Assembly: GCF_006345805.1 (NCBI RefSeq)
Contig: NC_043003.1
Span: forward strand, 36,456,001 to 36,520,000
Reading direction: 5' to 3'
DNA length: 64,000 nucleotides
Source of the DNA: Octopus sinensis
Taxonomy: Eukaryota
In this document: in pieces, positions 1 through 13,149 of the stretch
Position numbering within the stretch: the first letter of the stretch is position 1
Layout of the letters: every line of letters starts with the position of its first letter
Made by a program: the position numbers and the translations under genes
Notes under the pieces: model-generated
Seen by the model: only the letters and a program-made list of their open reading frames with translations
Databases searched by the model: none
What the model was told of the DNA's origin: nothing

Positions 1-982
1 AAACCTTTCTTACTATACGCCTGGTCGGACTTGTTAGAGATGTTATCACACTTTTTCTTTGACACTTCCAATTTGGTGAGTTGGGAAATAATACAAAATT
101 AAGCACCTTATCATCACAGTCCCAACAAGAATGCTGTCGTCCAAACTTCCATCTGCCACATGTAACATTTTGGCAGCTCTACTTCCTTTTTGTATGAACA
201 TCAATGCAAGTCCCTACTACTTTTGTCTCCTAGGAACTTCTGTACTTTATGGCTTCTCATTTCCTACAGAATTACAAGCCTGTTTTGTTTTCATTTTTTT
301 ATTGTTGACTTTATCATCGTTTCAGTTAGTAAAATTTCGTCCTAATATAAATCTTTTTAACCATGTATTATCACAATTCTTTACACTATTCTATTTACAT
401 ACCTGCGTGTGCGTGACGTGCGTGTGTTTTGTTTGTTTGTGTGTGCGATGAGGCGTATGCTAACGCTACAGATCTAAGAGATATACAGACATACATATGA
501 TCTTCGTATGTTGAGCTTCACAAAGGAAAAGACATAACACCGTGGTGATTGGTGACTTGCTGGGCCTGAGAATACTCGAGAAGCTAATAAAAGCGTGGTC
601 TTAAAGACATGTTGTTTGTGGCCATGTCTCCGCACACCAGTAATCCTTGTTCCCCCCACGCATACATCTAATCTTCCGAAAATATATCCCTTTCTCCACC
701 TATGTTCACCTCTTGCTGTATTTTCTTCCTCTTTATTCTCCACTCTCCCTTCGTGCCTTCGCATTTCCGTGACCTATCTGTACGAAATGTATGCCTGTTG
801 AATGTCTTCTTAACAAAACATCGTAACCGATCCTCCCTCTACTTCTGCCCACTCACTGCTTTCGGTGAGTGCACATTTGTCACTCACCTTTCGCAATCTT
901 GTGAACGTGCCTACACATGCAACCTATTCAATCCTTGCTTCCATTTCACTAGTGAAATAAATTTACCTTATCGAGTCATGCT

Positions 983-1200
983 GTCTCATAAGGGCTGGTT
1001 TCCCGGTTTCATGGCCTGTATATTCTCCACCTGGACGGGACGCCACTCTGTCACAGGAATAATTACTTTTGGCAGTTGAGTGAACTGGAGCAACGTGAAA
1101 TGAAATGTTTTGGTCAAGAACACAACGCGTCGCCCGAAATCGAAACCACAATCTTACGATCATGAGTGCAACACCCTAACCACTAAGCGATACGCCTCCA
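983..1200 (-). mobile_element. tRNA-derived SINE copy (family C)
   Basis: Minus strand starts tggaggcgtatcgcttagtggttagggtgttgcactcatgatcgtaagattgtggtttcgatttc (A-box- and B-box-like tRNA head), followed by a CORE-like gtgttcttgaccaaaacatttcatttcacgttgctccag. Confidence 0.6.
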
Positions 1201-1260
1201 CATTTCACTTGTATACACCTCCCAGTATCTTAAGGAAAAACCCCATCCTATCTTAATAAT

Positions 1261-1400
1261 CTTCTCTCTCCCTCCTTCTCTCTCCCTCCTTCTCTCTCCC
1301 TCCTTCTCTCTCCCTCCTTCTCTCTCCCTCCTTCTCTCTCCTACTCACTCTCCTTTTCTCACTCTCTCTCTCTCACACACACACTCTCTCTCTCTCTCTT
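1261..1400. repeat. 14-bp tandem repeat (cttctctctccctc)x~5-6 merging into (CT)n/(CA)n
   Basis: Directly visible. Confidence 0.9.
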
Positions 1401-2068
1401 CTGTTTCACACGCTCCTCTCTCAAATCACTTTCTTCAGTCTTCAATAAAGGTAATCATGTTTCTCGTCTACAACTAGTCACCTGTTTCTGCCCGGATATG
1501 CTTAATTTCCTCTTTCTTCTCTTAGTACAATGCCCCCTCCCTCAATGCTAATCACCTCAGTTGGGGGTATTGTCTTTGCAAGTTACTTGATGACCTCATT
1601 ATTGCTGATGCCACCTGAAAAGCACCTAGTACACTCTGTAAAGTGGTTGGTGTTAGGCAGTGCATCAAAAGGTAGAAACCTGGCCAAGGTAGACAGTAGA
1701 ACTTGGCACTGTCTTCTGATCTGCCAGCTCTTGCCAAACAGCTCAACCCCTGCCAACGAAGGAGATTGTGAAATGATTATGTGCGTATGTGTGTGTGGGT
1801 GTAAATATGTGTGTATACACATTCATACATATTTCACCTGCGTATGCAACGAAATAACTTAATTCGGAATGTCGCTTTCTCTTATTCATCATTCATGTTA
1901 CGTTTCTTGAAATCTGCCAAGTTTTTTGAATGAAGTATGTGAATGTGAACGAGTGAATGACGAAGACCGAAGATAGGAGAACGTTGAAGAAATAATAAAC
2001 ATCTATATATTACCTAACAATGTCAGTTAAATAAATTATTTTTAATGAAGACAATTGAATAAAACGGT

Positions 2069-2104
<36 letters not shown>

Positions 2105-2208
2105 AACAAAACCTGAAGCTGTATCACAAGGGAAGAATGTGAAAATCACAGGGAGTTCTGGGAAAGACGATAAGTTTCAAATGGAATGGTGGGGCAACAG
2201 TTAACGAC

Positions 2209-2251
<43 letters not shown>

Positions 2252-2470
2252 ACGAATACTAAAGGGAGAAAAACGTCGATAAAAAGTATACATGACAATA
2301 AACGCAATAGATGTAGTGGAAAAACATTTTTAATATTTTCCAGGTGTTTGAAAAACAAACTTAATAATCATTTATTTTTAATGAAAACATTTGAATAGAC
2401 CGGCAGAGAGCAGGATTGTGAGTGTGTTTCTGTGTGTGTATGAGAGATAGACATCCAGACAAACAGAATA

Positions 2471-2506
<36 letters not shown>

Positions 2507-4427
2507 TGAGTTGTATGTCGCACTGAATGAAAGTTTGCTCTGTGGTTAATGGCAGTAAATAAAAGAATAAATTTTGTGATTGAAATGTGTACTTGAATTT
2601 TAAACAGTACAAAATACTTGCAAAAACTTATTTTGATAGAAATATATAAAAGTTTTAATTCTTGAGAATTTTTTAAAAGTCTTCTAAGCGATGTAACCTT
2701 AAAGAATTGATTTCTTGTAGGAAAAATTACATAAATCCAAGTAATAAATAAGCAGATTTTGCCATTAAATTATAGAAGCAGTGAAGTATGAATAACATCA
2801 TTCTCCTCAAGTTGAGTATTCCAATTATTAGTTACCATAGTGTCTGGTACCGGATGAAATGTATTTCATAGATTAGAAACACCCTTTCAAGTTCTTCACA
2901 CGTACGCCTTTATAGCTGGATTTATTAAAGTAAATATTAGTAACATAATTGATTCAATACATTGGACTCTGCTATTCCTTCTATACAAAATTTAATTTTC
3001 TACTCAGACAAAATAATTCAATACTAACCATTCCTGAAGTAGACTTTGCAAAGTACAAATCTCTGGTGTTGAAGTGAAATTGTGGTTGAAAGACTTGACT
3101 AAATTACAAGATCTAGGAATAGGAATGTAGCTGTTGAATGACTGACTACTAACAAGTATATCAGTTCAAGTTAAAGTAGTATAGTGTAAATATAGTACTT
3201 TATGTTAGAGGGTCTGCCCTCTAAGATCTGTTTATCGCTTTTACTTTTATAATCACGTCAAAGTAAAGCATCTCCCATCATAATTTTCAAACCATTAGAA
3301 AACTATAGTAAACATGGAAGATGAAATTACACCTTACGTTTTATCCCTCCATCAGAAACCGGTCCTAGTGTTTGCAATAGATGCTGCTAAAATGAACAAG
3401 GTCCAGATAGTCGTATCACAAGTCGACGAATTTCAGGCTAACGACCGTGAATAATTAGAGTCCACTTTATAGATTTCTCCACAGTTTTCATCCACCTATT
3501 TCACTCACAAGACTTGTTACAATAAAAATTCTATTGTAGGTAATATATATAACCTCTTACACAAAAAGTCAAGCCTGCACTGCATCCATGGTTCGTCTGT
3601 CTTTCGGTTACGTATGGAAAGGCTTCTACACTTAAATGACGGATTAATTAGTCCGCTTAATATAATATTTCCAATATTCTTTTGTTAAAGAAATATATGC
3701 GTAATATTTCTCTGATTGTTATCTAAAATGAACCTTTTTATTCCTGAATTTCGTGTTTCGAGAAAATGAGTTCCTCTTGTTAAAATCTTTCTCGAATGAA
3801 ATCATAGCTTTGTACTCAATTTTACTTATTCTTGCCCTAGGGAAAATAACACTTCTATGTCCCTCTAATTAAAAACAGAATATTTTATAGTAAGGCGGTT
3901 AAAATATGTTCTAAATGATTATTTCAACATCGGAAGAAGTAGTTAATTGCATCAACCTCTATATATAGATGGTATATAGCGGGTATTGATTTTTTCGTCA
4001 GCAGAAAGAAGTAGTGACACTGACAGGGTTTAAAATATAAATGTGGACAGAACGAAAAAATTGGTAAAAAATAATTTCTTACGAAGTATCTCTATGCTAG
4101 TCAACCGAATCTGAAGTTCACAAAAATTATAATCATTAACCCTAGAAAAGGTGCAAGATCTGAAGTTTCAAAGAAGATATAATCGACTCCAGGTATTAAT
4201 CATCACTTCAGTTATCGACACAAAAAGATCAAAATACAAATATGACTTCGATGTGATATCATTTCAAATTGACAGTCTACTCTGAGTTTCACTGTAAGAT
4301 GAGATATTTACAAACAAAGACGCAGAAAAATGGGATTTATGCAGAAAGATATACTGCAGGGTATTTTTCCCAACACTCGAACTATTCTGTTAACCAGCTG
4401 TTCTCAAGTAAAATAATACTGGTTTCA

Positions 4428-4545
4428 AATTTTGACACAAGACCAGTAACTAGGGGGATGGAGTAAGTCGATTACATCGACTCCAGTGCTCATTTAGTAC
4501 TCATTTTATCGATCCCGAAAGAAAAAAAGACAGAAATGATTTCGG
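4428..4545 (-). mobile_element. SINE fragment (family B)
   Basis: tttgacacaagaccag...gtcgattacatcgactccagtgctc...ttttatcgatcccgaaag matches the other family B copies (51001, 57463, 29950). Confidence 0.55.
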
Positions 4546-5488
4546 CTGTATATGATTTATGGTGAGTATGAGAAAACAACTTTAAAGGTTTTAGATGTTT
4601 AGATGCGTTACATATGATGGAATTTCTCACATTAATTCCTCACTAATGCAGTGTCAATAGCGGTTGATTTTGAACCCCAACTATTGAAGTCCATACTAAA
4701 TGCTTAACGCCCGAGAGGCAATTATTACATCACTCTATATTTATCTCTTCTCTTTTATTAATCATTATTATTGGCAACCATATTAGCAAAGGAAAGCTTA
4801 GCAGTCACACCACTACTGGATGGTCGCAGTTATGCATGTAACTCTTATTATTATAAATGATATTGGAAGCTATTCTGTTTCATACCATTGCTTTCGTTAC
4901 GATCATCATAATCATCATTACCAGTTGCAACAGCACATCAACATCATGATCAGCAGCAGACATCATCATTGCACCATCTTTCATTTTTTCCTTTTTATAA
5001 TTTTTCTACTTTGTCCCTTGTTTTGTTTTTTTCCACCATTCGTTTTGCCTTACTCAAGGAAGCCATAATTGTTAACTCATCATTACCGAGCTATTGTCAG
5101 TTTGTTTGCAGTGAAAAGAAGACAGGGCGATCTATAAAAATAATATAAATATAATACATAACAAAAAAGAACAGCTGTGATTCCTGAGAAAACTAGTTAT
5201 AAAGAAAGGATTTTAATACTACAATACTGTTTTGATTAATGAGGAGATGACTGTATGGCAACAGCGACAAAAGGTTTCAGAGAACTCCATAACGGATTGA
5301 GAAGAAAACTAGAACATAAGTTTCCGGAAAACAGTCCCGAATTAAAATGTAGGTTGCAGCTTATATTTCCTATATTCATCGAAGCGAATCACGCCCATTA
5401 TTTTACTTGCAAATGCACACGCATATTCGTTCATGCATGTATGTGTGTTTATGTGTGAGCATATTTGTACACACACACGCACACACAT

Positions 5489-5534
<46 letters not shown>

Positions 5535-5635
5535 TATATATACGTAAAATATAGGGTAGCGAGTTTATTTAGAAATTTCACCACCAGTGACCTAGCATGT
5601 ATAAAAAGTCAATACACAGCATATTCTCAATATAA

Positions 5636-5755
5636 AATAGTGTACGTTTAAACACAAGGGAAATTGCCTTCAACAGGCACACGCGCATATGTATATATAT
5701 ATATGCGCGTGTGCCTGTTGAAGGCAATTTCCCTTGTGTTTAAATGTACACTATT
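5636..5755. repeat. Near-perfect palindrome: 55-bp arms, 10-nt loop
   Basis: 5636-5690 is the reverse complement of 5701-5755 with one mismatch; the loop is gtatatatat. Confidence 0.95.
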
Positions 5756-5759
5756 ATAT

Positions 5760-5810
<51 letters not shown>

Positions 5811-7134
5811 AGACATACATACATAAAGACATACATACAAGTGCTCCAAAGATAGCTGCATATTACGCGTGAGACTTAAATGTTTCAGAAAACCCTGAAT
5901 TTCCTGCTGAGGCTTCACACAATACTAGAACCGATAAATTAACATATCTGATCAGATACCTGGAGGTGAAACAGTCTGCATCCAAACAAAAACTAAAGTT
6001 AGATAAGATTTCAGTTATCTTAAAGCTGATGTCATTATCGACGGGACATGTAGATGATGTAGGATTCTTGACTGTTGTATTATGTAACACTCCATATCTA
6101 ACGCATTTTCAAACACATCGTCAGTTTGCATCTGGTAGAATGAGGCGATAGTGAAGACCTAAAATACTTCAGATTTGATTACAATTCTCAAGTATGTTAC
6201 ATATGTTCCGATGATAATAGACATATGGTTTGCAGCTTCCAATATCATACTGCCTCCAAACTGCCACTATATAAGATGCTGTTTTTTTTTTGGGGGGGGG
6301 GGGGGTTGCTAACGCAATATATATAATTGAAGAAACAGTTCTTAAATTAATGTTGACATAATTAAAAAGTAGAAAATGTGGCTCAACTGAATATATGAAA
6401 CTGTGCCTTATGCATTACTTATTCTCTTGATACTTCACCTTATTATGATTTTTAATATTTAATGTTCTTTTACAGGGTTGCCAATTTAGCATTTAGCAGG
6501 GAAAATAGCAGGTTTAAAATTTCATTTTGCATTGTTATAGCATTTTTCTCTGGTCATGACATTTCCACAATAGTTACCCTTATTTTTCTTCTTTTTCCTC
6601 CTTTTCTACTTTCGTCAATGTATCTTATAGCCAAATTTTAGTACTATAGGCTATTGTTGAATTTTTCTTTCGCGTATTTGAAATTTCAAATGAAAGTTTA
6701 TAAAAAGGTAGTTTATAAAGTTATAAACTTTTCTAGACCCTCCCCCACCGGCTTGGATACCGTGTGGTGTTGTTGGAGAAGAGGAGAAGGTAACTCATGT
6801 CAGCACCTGAACTCACTACACAATAATGTAAAAATGTTGCAAAGAATGATGTAAAGAATGATATTAAATATAAGATTGGAAGCGAAATATGATGATCCCA
6901 AGTTTATATCAGAACACAGATTTAGAATTTCTGCAGATTTTACTTTTCCATTTATAGTTTGGACACCCTGCATCCCGAATTGGTATTCTTCACCTCAAGT
7001 ATTTAGAAGCAGCAAACATAAGAATTGTTAATGACGATGGAAACAATTGTTAGCAGCAAACTGATGAGTTGTGTTTTCAATTTTATGTTTTTATTAATCA
7101 TTCAATTTATCTTCTTGCTTCCCACTACATTATA

Positions 7135-8826
7135 ATGAGCAAAGAAAAAACAAAGTTGTACCAGCAAAAGTTCTGGAAGGAATGGTGTAAGATGCCAGCG
7201 TTTACTAAGTGGTTGTACGAAGTACCTAGTGCACAGTATAAAGCACAATGTAGATATTGTAGACGTAATATGTTGGCAAAATATTCTCTTTTAGTAAGCC
7301 ACGGAGAAGCAAAGAAACATAAGGCACCAACTCCACAGCAAATGATTCCTCTTACCAATTTTATTAAAACCAAAAATGATAAGATATCTATGCTTGAAAC
7401 AAATTTAGCAATGTTTATTTGTTGCTACTCATCATTTAATAGCTGTGATCACTTAATAGAGTTATGTAAGAATTATATGTCTGATAGTGATATTATATCC
7501 AAAGTGAAGTTGCATCGTACAAAATGTGCAAATATTGTGAGACAAGCTCTAGCTCCACATTTTGATGGAGATTTGATTTCTGATATAGGAGATAGAAAAT
7601 TTAGCCTGTTATGAAATGAATCTAATGATATATCGATACACAAGTTGTTAGGAATTGTTATCGTATATTATAGTGACACTCACAAAAAAGTGGTACACAC
7701 ATATCTCAGTATGGTATCTTTAGAAACGTGTGATGCAGATGGCATTGTAGATGCCTTAAAAATTGAATTAGTGAAAAAGAAATTAGATACAAGAAATTTA
7801 CTGAATATAGGAACCGACAATGTTAGAATAATGATAGGGCTTCAGCAGTGGTGTTTTCCAGAAATTAAAAGAAGTTCCATCATTATTTCTATGTAGATGT
7901 GTATGTCATTCTTTACACTTGTGCTGAATGCTTGCCCATAAATTTAGAATTTTTAGTATCCGAAACCTACAAATGGTTCTCTTATTCTTCAAAAAGACAA
8001 AGTGCCTACAAACAACTTTACCTTGCTATAAAGAGCCTTTGAAGGCACTTTGTCTTTTTGAAGAATAAGAGAACCAATCGTGAATTGTTGTACAACTAGG
8101 TAGCTGTCAATAGAACCAGCGGTAAATAGAATTTTAAGCCAAGGGCTTGAATTGCAAACTACTTCCAAACTACAACTACAAAAGAAAAACTGTTTTAAAG
8201 CACAAATATTACATGAAGTCTCTTGTGATTCTAGGAATGAACTTTACCTTTTATTTTTGCATCCGATTTTAAAACATGTTCAGAAAGTGAATAAACTGTT
8301 TGAATCAAATACTGTCGACAAAACAAAATTATTTCAAGATCTTTCTAATTTGATAAAATATGTTGCTAATATGATAGTTTCGCCAACATGTAGAATTGCT
8401 TATCTTGATCCGGATGCTTCTATTGAAAAAATTCTGGATCCTAAACAAAATTTGGGTTACAGGTTCGAGAGAAAGATAGCAGAAAGGATTATTAAGAAGA
8501 CTGTAACATCCACCGAAGAAAAAAAATTTGCAAAAGAGCACAACAAGTTTTACTCTCCCTTTATAAAGGGCTGTAGCACCGTTTGCCAGGAAATATTTAT
8601 ATACTGAGGAATAGCGAATGTTTTTCAGTAGAGAATATTTTGCAGCATTTCAAAGAGCCAATTTTACCCGTCTTAGAAGCAATGATTCTAATTGCTTCAA
8701 TTGAAATTCAGTTTAATAGCATTCAATTAGTTAAATGGACAAATGTATATAATACTGAGGCATTAATTTTTATTCCTGGGTATTCTGCAAAATTAATTGT
8801 GGAATTCTAGAAGTATAAGATTCAGG
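7135..8826 (+). pseudogene. hAT-superfamily transposase, disrupted by stops and frameshifts
   Basis: N-terminal Zn finger (KAQCRYC...SHGEAKKH); FSLL*NESND matches the hAT DESTD motif; GTDN; RCVCHSLHL (CxxH); a W/TRW-like segment near 8095 (QLG*LSIEP); ORF-track pieces 7069-7614, 7645-7896 and 8152-8607. A possible left TIR cagggttgcca at 6473; no right TIR found. Confidence 0.85.
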
Positions 8827-9589
8827 TATGTAATATAATTCTAACACAATTTTCGTAAAATATTTTGCAATATAAAATCTGTTTTGATACTCCATCGACT
8901 CTTTTCAAACCACATATTCATAGTTTCCTCAAGCGCCGGCTAGCAATATAAATGCATTATTATTCTTTTAACATAATCGTTCCCTGGAAGAATTTTACTT
9001 AGAAACATCAGATGATAAACCGTTTCTGTCTTTTCTTTGCATAGCAAGAGAGGAATGATATCACTAATCACCTCAACACTTCCCACTCCCTTCTACAATG
9101 CTGTTTCTAGTATTTAATCCTGCATGTTGCCGTTGCAGAAACATTTATTGAGATCTCATGCAACTTAAACACACACAGCTTCTTTAATCTGTGTTGTTAA
9201 AGACATGACACTCTTGCATTTTATATTTATACACCTACAGATTTAATTTATCTTAGCTCTTTTGATTTTTAAATTGAAACAGATTTGGCTCTTACGTGCA
9301 CCTCTAATTCTTTCTCCGTTGATATTGATATCTCCTAAACCAAATGGTGTGTTGTCTTTGACGTTCTGCATTGTATCTTCTCCTTTGCGTTCTGAAGAAC
9401 ATTATTCTTTCCTTATCTCTCTCACTCTCTTTTCCATGCAAAAGTTATTCGTTCTCAATGGTTTATTGGCAAGTAATATTCTATTGTTTTCTTACATACG
9501 TTTTCAAATGTTTGATAACTCTGCATCCATTTTACATTTCAGGTATACAATTTCATCACTTTCATGTCGAAGTATGAGGTGAGTAGTAA

Positions 9590-10380
9590 TTCAATGCTGC
9601 AGGAGCAACTTAGAAGATTTAATACAACGTGAAATTATATTTGAAGGCTCTGGATGGCCTTCAATGTCATGTAGATGCATCAGTTGGCCAATGAGCAATT
9701 TTACATGCTGACCTCTTCCAATTGATTGCGTAGAGAATGAGAAAACAAGATAGCCGAAACTTGTCCGGTAGTTGTCAAAACGCACACGCTGGACCATCAA
9801 GACAGAGTCTAAGAACAAACTTGTGACATGCCTTCCAACTGCTTACAACGCTTTAACTACATTATTATCGCAAAGTGAAAATGAACATCCGGAAAATCTG
9901 TTTTCAGAAGAGCAGAAAGAATGCTGCAAATATCAATTACTTTCAACAATGTTACAAATGAAGACTGCAGGATGTGAAATAGGGACTGTGCATGGCATGA
10001 ATTAAATGTTCGAAGGCTAGTCAGAAAGTATCTCATACATAGATCCCGAAAATATAACCACAAGCAATTAAGTTCCAATAATAAACACATAAACCATGAA
10101 AGATGTGATTGAAAATGCAATAAATCTGCAGATACTTGTAAAAGAGAGATATTCTAAGACAACACTCGCAGAAAATTCCTTTCTTGCACAGCGTGTAATC
10201 GGAAATTATAATAGTGTAATGCTTCCAATGTGCAGGGAAAATTAGATGGATATCTCTTGATTGACTGTTTTGAAGCTTGTTAACTGCTCCTCAAGGAAAA
10301 CATAGCCGATGCTTTCCCTAATCAATAGTGTAGAATATTGACCATCTACATTACACACACTTGAAGTAAGTAATTATCAT
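9590..10380 (+). mobile_element. Possible degraded hAT transposase fragment
   Basis: LSKRTRW..., YNALTTLL and WHELNVRRLVRKYL resemble the hAT TRW region and downstream helices; many stops. Confidence 0.35.
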
Positions 10381-10549
10381 ATTGGGTAGCTTCATGTTTA
10401 GAGTTTGCTTCCATCAGCTCCATATTAATTAAACTATATATTTTATACAACAGCCAGCGTGATTCACAAGAATTGAAATAAGCTGAAATAAAACCCAGCT
10501 GTAAAAGAAACCAGCCTTACCATTTGTAAGCAGTGTTAGCGATTTAACT
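9894..10549 (+). repeat. 656-bp direct repeat, copy 1
   Basis: Near-identical to 11402-12057 (offset 1508); I spotted 3 substitutions. Confidence 0.95.
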
Positions 10550-11401
10550 GAGCTAAAGTAGCAACACCATACCCTTACCCACACCCTCTGGACACAACTT
10601 AAATTGCGGCAAAACGCCTCAAAATATATTTGAAATTGTTTTGTTTCTATATGATAGATAGATAGATAGATAAATACAGATATGTATACATATATTTGTG
10701 TTTATGTGTATGCGTGTATATATGTGTGCATATGCGCCAACATTTTTTTAGTAAACGATATTGATGTAATGAAAGCTGTCTCATTAAAAAATAGAAAGGA
10801 ATGAAATAGAATAGAACAGATACACACATTTCCCCTAGATTGCTCAAGTAAACACACACCAAATACTTTATTCCTTCTGATGTATGGTTCCAGTGACTAG
10901 AATGAAGTTTTCATAGGATGTATGTATGAGCCATCAAAAACATATTTCCATATGGACAAAATTTTGATCTTTTCGTATTCTCAGTTTCTCATATTATTGC
11001 AGAAAATGTACTCATCGGAAAATATACTGTCAGTTTATAGTGGGCTGAAGACAACTGCAGCTCATTCTACAGAAAGATGAATTATCGAAGACTTGGTAGG
11101 TCGTTCGAAGCAAAAATTTAAAGTGTGATGCCCAGAACACAAGTCGAGGAGGTGATTCGAAAATTGTATGAAAGAAAACAAAAACTTGAAGAGAAAAGAA
11201 AGGAAACCAATGAAAGAGAAATTAATTTGAATCTAGGATTTGTATTATCTGGAAATCGGGGGAATTAGAGTTGAAATAAAACATGCCAAACATGTCATCA
11301 GTTAGGTAGCTCAATATGAAGAAGTCTGTTTTCGATGCGGTCTTTTAGAATGATCAACACACTTTCTCTTACCACCCACTTATCATGTGTATTGTCTCAT
11401 T

Positions 11402-12057
11402 AAATCTGTTTTCAGAAGAGCAGAAAGAATGCTGCAAATATCAATTACTTTCAACAATGTTACAAATGAAGACTGCAGGATGTGAAATAGGGACTGTGCA
11501 TGGCATGAATTAAATGTTCGAAGGCTAGTCAGAAAGTATCTCATACATAGATCCCGAAAATATAACCACAAGCAATTAAGTTCCAATAATAAACACATAA
11601 ACCATGAAAGATGTGATTGAAAATGCAATAAATCTGCAGATACTTGTAAAAGAGAGATATTCTAAGACAACACTCGCAGAAAATTCCTTTCTTGCACAGC
11701 GTGTAATCGGAAATTATAATAGTGTAATGCTTCCAATGTGCAGGGAAAATGAGATGGATATCTCTTGATTGACTGTTTTGAAGCTTGTTAACTGCTCCTC
11801 AAGGAAAACATAGCCGATGCTTTCCCTAATCTATAGTGTAGAATATTGACCATCTACATTACACACACTTGAAGTAAGTAATTATCATATTGGGTAGCTT
11901 CGTGTTTAGAGTTTGCTTCCATCAGCTCCATATTAATTAAACTATATATTTTATACAACAGCCAGCGTGATTCACAAGAATTGAAATAAGCTGAAATAAA
12001 ACCCAGCTGTAAAAGAAACCAGCCTTACCATTTGTAAGCAGTGTTAGCGATTTAACT
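11402..12057 (+). repeat. 656-bp direct repeat, copy 2
   Basis: See copy 1. Confidence 0.95.
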
Positions 12058-12462
12058 CAGCAAGACAATTCTAAATGCCTATCTAGTCTTAAAGACACTT
12101 GTGTGCGTAAGCGCGGTTTACAAATAGATAAAATATATCTATCGAGGAAATTAAAATGCTCATCTAAAAGAATGTAAACGTCGTCATCGTTGTCGTTGAC
12201 ATCATCGGCCTTGTCCTCCTTGTCTATGTTATCACCGTCTTCACTTTCGTCATCATTGTTGTTGCCACCGTCGTCGTCATCTTCGTTGTCGTCGTCATCA
12301 TCATCATCGTTATTATCATCATCTTTCAATCATCGTCATCATGAGCCTGTGAAATGTGGGACTCAAGATTAAATAGTTCTATATTGAAGAGATGAGGAAT
12401 TATGTACATTATTTATATTATTTACATTCGACGGATATTTATCCGCATCTTGTTTGTTGTTC

Positions 12463-12506
12463 ATACAACGTTTCGGCTGATATACCCTCCTGCCTTCTTC
12501 AGGTGT
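12463..12506 (-). ncRNA. Minimal type I hammerhead ribozyme-like motif (Penelope type)
   Basis: Minus strand: acac CTGAAGA a ggc-aggagggtatatca-gcc GAA ACGT T gtat. Palindromic stem III ACGT; stem I has one mismatch. Confidence 0.65.
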
Positions 12507-12635
12507 CTTGGGAAAATTTCGAACCTGGGTTCTCATTCCTAAGGTATTCTTCGAAGTTATTATTATTATACAAATACAAGCAGATAATTTTACATGTGGA
12601 TCTGGCTGTGTTGTGTATTTGAAATCGAAAGGCTG

Positions 12636-12705
12636 TCCTACTGATGAAACTGGCTTTCAGCAAATATTTTGTTTGCTGGAAATAGTTAGAAACCATGATC
12701 TGGGA
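12636..12705 (+). ncRNA. Type I hammerhead ribozyme-like motif, copy 1 (one stem III mismatch)
   Basis: tccta CTGATGA aact...tttcagcaaa/tttgctggaa...agtt a GAA ACCATGAT C tggga. Confidence 0.6.
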
Positions 12706-13079
12706 AATAATTGAGATGGTAAACGTTTTTAATTTTCATTCCTTTCGAAAATTTATCCTTATTTGGTGGTTTTGAGTTTTCTACTGCTCTTTCTAGCACA
12801 AGGCTTTCCTATTTGGAGGCTCTTATTGTATTTCTATGTGAATAATATTTAGTCTAATGACTAATTCATTTTTGTGCTAGACTACTGGTAATAATAATTT
12901 CTTATTACCCTATTGTTATTTATTATGTTTAAATAATCTCTGATAAATTTGTTCGAAATTTTTACCGGCATCCTCTCTGTCGCCGGCTATAATCTGCGTC
13001 TGCGCAGTCGTGTGAAAAGTTAGAATAGTTAGTTTTACATGTGGTCTGGGTGTGTTGTGTATTTGAAATCGGAAGGTTG

Positions 13080-13149
13080 TCCCACTGATGAAACTGGCCT
13101 TCAGCAAATATCTTTTTTGCTGGAAATAGTTAGAAACCATGGTCTGGGA
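13080..13149 (+). ncRNA. Type I hammerhead ribozyme-like motif, copy 2
   Basis: tccca CTGATGA aact...ttcagcaaa/tttgctgga...agtt a GAA ACCATGGT C tggga. Perfect 5-bp stem I, palindromic stem III, GUC triplet ending at 13144; one extra A before G12 and an A:U rather than G:C closing pair in stem II. Confidence 0.72.

Noticed and set aside
3332-3360. Minus-strand CTGATGG...AAAACGTA hammerhead-like remnant
   Set aside because: Core positions 9 and 12 are wrong and stems I/II do not pair.
10995-11260. Exon-like purine-rich stretch after ttgcag
   Set aside because: Stops in the candidate frames and no convincing donor site or homology; probably a TE relic.
12057-12372. Poly-Asp / poly-Ser ORFs (similar poly-Val/His/Ile ORFs at 52523-52948 and 56849-57555)
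   Set aside because: Trinucleotide repeat translations with no splice or domain support.
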